DNA of 34,075 nt from a virus. Lineage: Duplodnaviria > Caudoviricetes. The notes below the pieces were generated by a model, which worked only from the letters and a program-made list of their open reading frames with translations, was not told the DNA's origin and made no database searches. The position numbers and the translations under genes are program-made. The stretch covers positions 1 to 34,075 of the IMG/VR virus record IMGVR_UViG_3300048579_000166; one strand, given 5' to 3'. Below, piece by piece: positions 28,405 to 34,075 of the stretch. Numbering within the stretch: position 1 is the stretch's first letter; the number at the start of each line of letters is the position of its first letter.

Positions 28405-28572
28405 TTGACAATTAATAATGAAACATTGGAAAAGCTTGCTTTAATTGTTGCTGAAAAATCTACGCCAGGTTGCAATGTCGAAGAAGTTTCAGAACAGGTT
28501 TTAAATGATTATCAAAATGCCTTAGTACACCTTAATAAGTTAAGTCCAGCAGTACCATATTACTCGAAGTAA
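28405..28572 (+). CDS. Small hypothetical protein (55 aa, MTINNETLEKLALIVAEK...)
   Basis: Translated by hand; AAGGAG RBS, TTG start; promoter TTGTGG-17-TAAAAT with TG extension at 28338-28366. Confidence 0.65.
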   Translation: MTINNETLEKLALIVAEKSTPGCNVEEVSEQVLNDYQNALVHLNKLSPAVPYYSK

Positions 28573-28573
28573 T

Positions 28574-28813
28574 CTAAATTTTATTGTCAGGCGTGCCTTT
28601 TCTTTTACCGTAAGACGTATCATTAATAGAAGTTTCCTTAATAATGTCCTTCAAAGCTTCTCTTGTTGTTTCCAAGCACAAATCAGCTTCTTCTAATGTC
28701 AGGTTTTCACTTCTAAAAACTTCAAGTATCTTTGTGTTTATCTCTCTGATTTTTTGTTTCTTATCTTCATTAAGAAGAAACCACTTAGGCTTGGAAAGTA
28801 ATTCTATTTTCAT
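28574..28813 (-). CDS. Small hypothetical protein
   Basis: GAGGTGA RBS before the MKIEL start. Confidence 0.7.
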   Translation of the reverse strand: MKIELLSKPKWFLLNEDKKQKIREINTKILEVFRSENLTLEEADLCLETTREALKDIIKETSINDTSYGKRKGTPDNKI

Positions 28814-28895
28814 CGTTCTCACCTCTTTTCTGTTGGGTATTTGGGTTGTTCCTTTTCATTCATTGTGATAAAATCCCCTTAAAGGGAGTGGTTTT

Positions 28896-29240
28896 ATGGA
28901 ACATTTGCTTGATAAAAAATCTTACAAGGTTTTAAAAATAATCTACAAACATTCAACCATTTCAAAAGATAAGCTATTTAAAAAATCTAAGCTAAAAGAT
29001 ATTAAGGCATTTAATTGCATTTTATTTGTGCTTAACCCATTTATCTCAAATCCTTATTGCGGCATCACTGAAGAAGGTATTTCGATTTATGATGAAAGCA
29101 TTATTTTAATCAGTGACAAAGGGAAAGTTTATGTTGAAAATTATAATAGAGAAACCCTTCGTTTCCGCATTCCGGTAATAATAAGCATCACTGCATTAAT
29201 CATTAGTCTCAGCTCATTGCTTTATAACATATTGAAATGA
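28896..29240 (+). CDS. Winged-helix-like protein with C-terminal TM helix
   Basis: GGGAGTG RBS; promoter TTGTTC-17-TAAAAT at 28846-28874; hydrophobic C-terminus. Confidence 0.75.
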   Translation: MEHLLDKKSYKVLKIIYKHSTISKDKLFKKSKLKDIKAFNCILFVLNPFISNPYCGITEEGISIYDESIILISDKGKVYVENYNRETLRFRIPVIISITALIISLSSLLYNILK

Positions 29241-29490
29241 TAGAAATTATAATAGCGATGATTGATACAACCAGTGCAGCGTTCCACTTAGCCAAATAAT
29301 GATTAAATCCGAAATATCGTTTCCTATATTTTTTAGCCGTAAGATTAATTATTCTTTCAACAAATACAGGCTGCTCTATTGTATTTAGTTGGAACTCATT
29401 GACCATTTCTATTTCTTTCTTTAAAAGTTCAAGCAACTTTCCCGAGATATGGCCAGCTATTTTCTGTTGAGTATCTTCCATAAAGTCCAT
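29209..29490 (-). CDS. Hypothetical protein with C-terminal TM helix
   Basis: AGAGAGG RBS; hydrophobic tail. Confidence 0.65.
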   Translation of the reverse strand: MDFMEDTQQKIAGHISGKLLELLKKEIEMVNEFQLNTIEQPVFVERIINLTAKKYRKRYFGFNHYLAKWNAALVVSIIAIIISIISICYKAMS

Positions 29491-29553
29491 CCTCTCTGGT
29501 TATGCATTGTCCTCCTTCATGTGGTATAATACTTTTGGAAGGAGGTGTTATTC

Positions 29554-29754
29554 ATGATTAATACTGTCAAAGATTCCGTACTTAATATTTGTAAAAACAG
29601 TACTGATACCCAAATAACTTTTGAAGAAGTTGTAAATGCTACCGGTTTATCTGAACCTGATGTTGACAAAGCTTTGCGACAGCTTGAAAAATCAGGTTTT
29701 ATCGAAAACGTTCTTTATGCTGATGATGTCCCTGCAATTTTTTATCTAAGGTAA
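29554..29754 (+). CDS. Small winged-helix protein
   Basis: FEEVVNATGLSEPDVDKALRQLEKSGFI; GGAGGTG RBS; extended -10 TGGTATAAT at 29522-29530. Confidence 0.75.
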   Translation: MINTVKDSVLNICKNSTDTQITFEEVVNATGLSEPDVDKALRQLEKSGFIENVLYADDVPAIFYLR

Positions 29755-29778
29755 TTGGGTAACAATTTATTTTGTTTT

Positions 29779-30015
29779 CTACGCCGGCTGAAAATAGTCG
29801 GTATTTTTTTCGCTTTTCTCTTTGAGATAATCCAAATCATGCGAGTTTAAATATTCATCTGAATAAAACACGTGTGTACCGTTATAACTTTTGAAGCATG
29901 AGTATTTTCCCGCTTGCTCTCTGTCATGACCACACTTTCTTATAAGGTGGTTTTCAATAAGTTCCTGCGTTATAGGCATCAACCCAAGCAATTGCTTCTT
30001 TTCATGTAATTCCAT
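29779..30015 (-). CDS. Hypothetical protein
   Basis: 78-aa ORF with GGGGGTG RBS. Confidence 0.65.
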   Translation of the reverse strand: MELHEKKQLLGLMPITQELIENHLIRKCGHDREQAGKYSCFKSYNGTHVFYSDEYLNSHDLDYLKEKSEKNTDYFQPA

Positions 30016-30041
30016 CTCTGCACCCCCTCTCTGGCTATGTA

Positions 30042-30305
30042 TTAAGCTTTAATTTTCCTTAACTTGCCATACCCGCTAGATTCTAAATTTTCATTATGTA
30101 TAGGCTTTAGCAGTTTGTTTTGCCACCATAATTCCAAAGCATCTGCATCAAAGAGTATTTTGCCATTCGACAACTTCACATGAGGAATTTCATTTTTCTT
30201 TACTAAGTCATATAACATTCCGGGAGACACATTGCCTTCAAAAAAGTCTTCGGATGCTTGTTTTACTGATAAGCGTTTTTTCTTCTTTTCAATCAAATCT
30301 TCCAA
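30042..30305 (-). CDS. Excisionase-like (HTH_17/MerR-type) DNA-binding protein
   Basis: LSVKQAS...MLYDLVKKNEIPHVKL...KILFDADALELW; TTG start 9 nt from AGGAGG. Confidence 0.75.
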   Translation of the reverse strand: MEDLIEKKKKRLSVKQASEDFFEGNVSPGMLYDLVKKNEIPHVKLSNGKILFDADALELWWQNKLLKPIHNENLESSGYGKLRKIKA

Positions 30306-30306
30306 T

Positions 30307-30570
30307 TTACATAGCCTCCTTCTTTTTTTCAAACGAAGGGAAAAAGTTATCAATTGAACATCTATATAGTTCAGCAAGTTTTTTCGCCAGATCCAGGGAA
30401 GGCTTTCTTTTTGTACCTTGTTTTTCAATCTGGCACAAATGAGCTTCTGTGCACCTAAACCCACTATCAACTACCTTCTTGACGACATCTTTTCGTGAAA
30501 GATTTGATGATTCTCTTAATTTCCCCAATGCATTCAACCTATCAACTCTTACCTTTTTCATATTTTGCAT
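30307..30570 (-). CDS. Cro-like XRE HTH regulator
   Basis: HLCQIEKQGTKRKPSLDLAKKLAELY; divergent from the repressor. Confidence 0.85.
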   Translation of the reverse strand: MQNMKKVRVDRLNALGKLRESSNLSRKDVVKKVVDSGFRCTEAHLCQIEKQGTKRKPSLDLAKKLAELYRCSIDNFFPSFEKKKEAM

Positions 30571-30587
30571 AACCTCCCTTCACAAAT

Positions 30588-30736
30588 ATAATATACTATA
30601 AGTTAATTATTATCCACTTTTAAATAAACTTAAAGTTAATTATTGCATCGAAAAAAAATAACTTAGGTCTATAATGCTAAGTTATACATAAAATTTCTTG
30701 AATTATCTTGACATTAATTAACTTTAAGTTTATTAT
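30588..30736. promoter_or_regulatory. Genetic switch: divergent promoters with AACT-N3-AGTT operators
   Basis: Rightward TTGACA(30708)-17-TATTAT(30731); leftward TGGATA(30616)-17-TATTAT(30593); operators at 30594-30604, 30627-30637, 30720-30730. Confidence 0.8.
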
Positions 30737-30761
30737 AGATTTTGGAAGGAGGTAGGTGTTA

Positions 30762-31331
30762 ATGTTTTTTGCCCATCGTTTCAAGACTTTGCGAGATAAA
30801 AGCGGATATGATCAAAAAGAAATAGCAAAAATAATAAATGTTACCCCAGTTGCTGTTAATAAATACGAATTAGGGAAAGGTACTCCTAGTTTAGAAAATC
30901 TTATAAAGTTACGAAAACTCTTTAATGCATCTATCGACTACATGCTTGGTTTAGATCTTGAAGATGCTAAAGATTTAATTTCTAGTAATAGTAGTAAGCT
31001 AATTTGCGAAAGTATTAAAACTCTACGTTTGAAAAGAGGTGACACACAAAAGGAATTTGCATTTAAGGTTGATATGGATGTAAAGGAAATTGAAGAGATA
31101 GAGGGAGGTAAAATTCCTCACTTGGATCAGTTGATTAAGATAAGCTCAATGTTGGAAGTAAGCTTAGACGAGTTAATTGGAGATACAAAAATAAAAATAG
31201 TAGACAAAGAGCAAGATAGTATAATCAATTTTGCCCTCAATTTAGATAATAGGGGATATATAAAATTGGCTATGGCAATTAAAGAGCAGGGGCTTTGTCC
31301 TGATGATGTTGTGTTTGGTAAAAGATTATAG
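30762..31331 (+). CDS. CI-like repressor with two tandem XRE HTH domains and no peptidase domain
   Basis: QKEIAKIINVTPVAVNKYELGKGTPS and QKEFAFKV...IEEIEGGKIPHL; ATG 30762 is 9 nt from AGGAGG. Confidence 0.88.
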   Translation: MFFAHRFKTLRDKSGYDQKEIAKIINVTPVAVNKYELGKGTPSLENLIKLRKLFNASIDYMLGLDLEDAKDLISSNSSKLICESIKTLRLKRGDTQKEFAFKVDMDVKEIEEIEGGKIPHLDQLIKISSMLEVSLDELIGDTKIKIVDKEQDSIINFALNLDNRGYIKLAMAIKEQGLCPDDVVFGKRL

Positions 31332-31349
31332 ACACAGGGGGTTTAATAA

Positions 31350-32090
31350 ATGGAGAAATTTAATATAATTAATATAATATTATTGTCGATACCAGAAGCA
31401 ATTTTAAATATTTATATAGCGTTATTGTTTGTTATGGAAAATAGGTTTTTACCATTTAAATGTGATAAGGCTACTAGAAAAATCAACGTTTTAAAAATAA
31501 TTGCATTTACGCTATCATATTCTTTGTTTGGGGCAATTCTAGATCATTTTTCACATAATATGCAATTTAATTCACTCGCTAAAATATTATCAATGTTTAT
31601 ACTTATAAGACTCATATATAAAATCACTTGGATTAAATCGTTTACAGGAATGATAGTTAGCCTGGGATTTTTAATTGGGTTTGAGGCGTTTTATGGACCA
31701 GCCTGTGTTAATATATTTTATTTAGATATAAATGATTTTTTCAATGGGGATCAGAAAACGAGAATATTATTATCTTTGGCTGTGCGTGTTGCTCAACTTT
31801 GGGCAATAGTGAGTTTATGGAACTGGAAACTTGTTAATGACGAGTTGGGAAAATATAAATTGAAAACAAAAGCTTTATTTATAACAATTGCTTTAATATT
31901 AATTGCAATAGAATTTGAATTTAGCCAACTTTATGCATTAAACTTTAATTCCTTATCCATAAATTACAAAATAATTGGAGGAATTGTATGTGTTTGTTGC
32001 GGACTACTCAATTATTTGATATTCTATAGCTACATAGTAATAATTAGAGAAGTTGCCAAACATTTTGCTTTAGGCAAAAAAGGAGGATAA
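31350..32090 (+). CDS. Polytopic (~7 TM) membrane protein resembling an AgrC/VirS-type sensor domain without a kinase
   Basis: Seven hydrophobic segments; ends about 14 aa after the last; directly upstream of the AgrD-like gene. The functional call is inference. Confidence 0.6.
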   Translation: MEKFNIINIILLSIPEAILNIYIALLFVMENRFLPFKCDKATRKINVLKIIAFTLSYSLFGAILDHFSHNMQFNSLAKILSMFILIRLIYKITWIKSFTGMIVSLGFLIGFEAFYGPACVNIFYLDINDFFNGDQKTRILLSLAVRVAQLWAIVSLWNWKLVNDELGKYKLKTKALFITIALILIAIEFEFSQLYALNFNSLSINYKIIGGIVCVCCGLLNYLIFYSYIVIIREVAKHFALGKKGG

Positions 32091-32094
32091 GGAT

Positions 32095-32220
32095 ATGAAA
32101 TTTAAGATTTGTTCCTTTTTATCAGTTTCACTATTCATCATAGGAGCGATAGTAACATCAACAGCAAGCACATTCTGGTTTTATCAACCCAAAGCCCCAA
32201 AAGTCCTTATGAAGAAATAG
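32095..32220 (+). CDS. agrD: AgrD-like cyclic lactone autoinducer peptide precursor (41 aa)
   Basis: MKFKICSFLSVSLFIIGAIVTSTASTFWFYQPKAPKVLMKK: basic N-terminus, hydrophobic leader, S-x4 ring, YQPKxPK tail; AGGAGG RBS at 32081-32086. Confidence 0.9.
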   Translation: MKFKICSFLSVSLFIIGAIVTSTASTFWFYQPKAPKVLMKK

Positions 32221-32338
32221 TATTTAAAAGAAGGACAAAAATAAAGGACCTATCAAAGAAGTCCTAATATAATTAATATAATAATAATTTGTCGATTAAT
32301 GTCGATTATAATTCAATATGTAACTGTTGTCAATATCC

Positions 32339-32367
32339 ACGGCCTGTGATTATTAGGCCGTTTTTTT
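32339..32367 (+). terminator. Intrinsic terminator closing the repressor-7TM-agrD unit
   Basis: ACGGCCTG-N7-TAGGCCGT followed by a T run. Confidence 0.8.
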
Positions 32368-32419
32368 ATTAAGACTTACATACATACAATAAACGACATT
32401 TTACGACATAATAAAACAC

Positions 32420-32464
32420 TAGGCTATAGCTTATTAAAATATTTTATTTAAATAGGCTATAGCC
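32420..32464. promoter_or_regulatory. Duplicated palindromic operator upstream of the second XRE gene
   Basis: TAGGCTATAGC at 32420-32430 and 32453-32463 (core palindrome GCTATAGC, 33-bp period). Confidence 0.6.
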
Positions 32465-32560
32465 CCAAATTATATAAATATAATTATTTTTCTACTAGTT
32501 TTATATGTGTCCATAACTTTGCGTTATAAAATATAAAAAACAACAAATTAAGGTGAACTC

Positions 32561-32902
32561 ATGGACATAGGAAAAAATATAAGGAAAAACAGAAGCAAAT
32601 TAAAACTATCAAGAAAAAAAATCAGCGAAATTACAGGTGTAAGCGAAGGATACATAGGAGAAATTGAAAGAGGAGAGAAGGTTCCATCTATAGAAACTTT
32701 GCTTAAGATTTCTAGGCCGCTAAAATTAACAGTTTCTCAATTGATAGGCGAAATTAATATTCTTGATGATTACTTAGTCGATCTTCAAAAGATAGCTGTT
32801 AAAAAACCTGAAGAAATAAAAAGACTTGTTTCTCTACTAAAATTATTATCTAATGACGAAATAAGAGCTATTTCTAATTTCGTAGAAGCTTTTAAAAAGT
32901 AA
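32561..32902 (+). CDS. XRE-family HTH regulator
   Basis: ISEITGVSEGYIGEIERGEKVPSIETL; AAGGTGA RBS. Confidence 0.9.
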   Translation: MDIGKNIRKNRSKLKLSRKKISEITGVSEGYIGEIERGEKVPSIETLLKISRPLKLTVSQLIGEINILDDYLVDLQKIAVKKPEEIKRLVSLLKLLSNDEIRAISNFVEAFKK

Positions 32903-32921
32903 CTTATTCAACAAAAAATCA

Positions 32922-32954
32922 GGACGCACTTGGGACACATTTTGGGACACATTT
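32922..32954. repeat. Putative integrase arm-type repeats, left of the att core
   Basis: GGACGCACTT, GGACACATTT, GGACACATTT at 32922, 32933, 32945. Confidence 0.65.
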
Positions 32955-33076
32955 TTTTAAAAATAGTATGAAAAATAGATAAAAATATAAAAATTCCAAA
33001 ATACTCCATGTCTGCAAACCCTTAATTTATGCGATATATGCGAAAATATAAATATAACAAAAAGCAAAGCCGCTAA

Positions 33077-33121
33077 CTCCAAAACCGTCGGCTGCAGGTT
33101 CGAGTCCTGTCTCCCCTGCCA
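33077..33121 (+). mobile_element. att core: 3' half of tRNA-Trp(CCA), not a complete tRNA
   Basis: CTCCAAA anticodon loop, T-arm GCAGG-TTCGAGT-CCTGT, acceptor 3' strand ending GCCA; 5' half absent; adjacent to integrase. Confidence 0.88.
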
Positions 33122-33146
33122 CATTTGAAGGAATTGACGAAATGAA

Positions 33147-33167
33147 AGCGACAATTCTAGCGACAAT
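33147..33167. repeat. Putative arm-type repeats, right of the att core
   Basis: AGCGACAAT x2 with a 12-bp period. Confidence 0.55.
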
Positions 33168-33170
33168 AAG

Positions 33171-33206
33171 AAAAGTTAGAGGGAATTAAACCTTCTAGCT
33201 TTTTTT
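33171..33206. terminator. Possibly bidirectional intrinsic terminator between att core and integrase
   Basis: AAAAGTTAGAGGG-N7-CCTTCTAGCTTTT with A and T flanks. Confidence 0.65.
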
Positions 33207-34075
33207 ATTGTGCATCTGTAGAAAGGTTTCTTGATTTTCTAGCATTAAGAATATTATTAAACATGTCTGCAGCTTGTTGATCTGCTTTTTTAAATGCATG
33301 AGTATATATATTATGAGTTGTAACACTACTACTATGTCCTAACCGGGCAGCTATTGCCTTAACATTCAAACCTTGATTTATTAATAAGCTTGCACTTGTA
33401 TGCCTTAATCCATGGAACGGTAATGGAGGCATGTTATTTTTCTTAAGGAATTTATTTAACCATTTAGAAGCTGTATATGGATGCATAGGTTTTCCAAATT
33501 GTCTTGTCTTATTATCATAAGCAACAAAAACTGATGTACTTTTAAACCAAAGATTTTTTGATTCTGATTTTTCTTTTTCATAAACGGCTTGATATTCTGC
33601 AATAAGCGACATAATTTCCGGCGACAATGCAATAATCCTTTTGCTTTCTTCTGTTTTGGGGTCCTTTGTAAAAGTGCCTTGACCTGGGATATATTGCGAA
33701 GCTTGTCTTATTTCAATTGTACTCTTCTTAAAATCTATATCAGACCATTCCAAACCCATAATTTCACCTAATCGACAACCAGAAACCAAAGCTATATTAA
33801 TTATTGTACGATACTTAATAGGTGCTTTTTCAAGTAAATCCAGTAATAAAAATGTTTCTTCCTCATCATAGCATTTTGGGTCTTTCTTACGAACCTTTGG
33901 AGCATCTGCTCTCACTGCAGGATTTTCTTTTATTTGTCCTTTTTGTAGTGCATAGTTTAATATTGAGGTTATAAGCCTATGATGATGTTTTATTGTCTGC
34001 TCTGAGATACCTTTGGATTTTATTTTTTCTCCATCATTATCTTTCTTTTGTGATATAAAATAGTGTTCTTTCCTT
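33205..34075 (-). CDS. int: Tyrosine integrase, N-terminus beyond the window
   Basis: GCRLGE, PKT, HGLRH, LGH and NIYTH catalytic motifs; frame checked by hand is open to the right edge. Confidence 0.95.
   Translation of the reverse strand, partial: RKEHYFISQKKDNDGEKIKSKGISEQTIKHHHRLITSILNYALQKGQIKENPAVRADAPKVRKKDPKCYDEEETFLLLDLLEKAPIKYRTIINIALVSGCRLGEIMGLEWSDIDFKKSTIEIRQASQYIPGQGTFTKDPKTEESKRIIALSPEIMSLIAEYQAVYEKEKSESKNLWFKSTSVFVAYDNKTRQFGKPMHPYTASKWLNKFLKKNNMPPLPFHGLRHTSASLLINQGLNVKAIAARLGHSSSVTTHNIYTHAFKKADQQAADMFNNILNARKSRNLSTDAQ

Larger units (their letters stand above)
1..34075. mobile_element. Temperate phage/prophage (packaging, replication, early, immunity and integration modules), incomplete at both ends
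   Basis: Portal, TerL, TerS, RecT/YqaJ, replication initiator, antirepressor, divergent cro/cI-like switch, att core and integrase in phage-like order; no host housekeeping operon. Confidence 0.97.

Noticed and set aside
30306-30470. N-terminal extension of the 142-aa excisionase-like ORF
   Set aside because: Overlaps the cro-like gene; a better RBS-supported TTG start lies at 30305
31350-32090. Calling the membrane protein AgrB or a complete AgrC
   Set aside because: No AgrB GGxH catalytic motif; no H-box or GHKL domain
33050-33121. Functional tRNA-Trp gene
   Set aside because: The acceptor 5' strand, D-arm and 5' anticodon stem are missing; only the 3' half is present
32957-33166. 69-aa minus-strand ORF (WQGRQDSNLQP)
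   Set aside because: Typical antisense translation of a tRNA sequence

Overview
The window is about 34 kb of a temperate tailed phage or prophage from a low-GC Firmicute, probably Clostridia. Most genes lie on the minus strand. From right to left: a 5'-truncated tyrosine integrase; a tRNA-Trp 3'-half att core; an immunity region; an early region in which five small promoter-bearing plus-strand genes alternate with minus-strand genes; an antirepressor; recombination genes (SMC-like ATPase, YqaJ, RecT); a replication initiator; a DNA-modification-like cluster (PAPS-reductase family, C5 MTase, beta clamp, helicase-MTase fusion, radical SAM, MazG-like); a late activator; TerS and TerL about 3 kb apart; and a portal-MuF fusion. 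The most notable observation is in the repressor operon. A tandem-HTH repressor with no autocleavage domain is followed by a 7-TM protein resembling an AgrC-type sensor without its kinase. That gene is closely followed by a 41-aa AgrD-like cyclic-peptide precursor (32095..32220) missing from the ORF track. This is a candidate phage peptide-communication or quorum-sensing-interference system. All calls come from reading motifs by eye; no searches were run.
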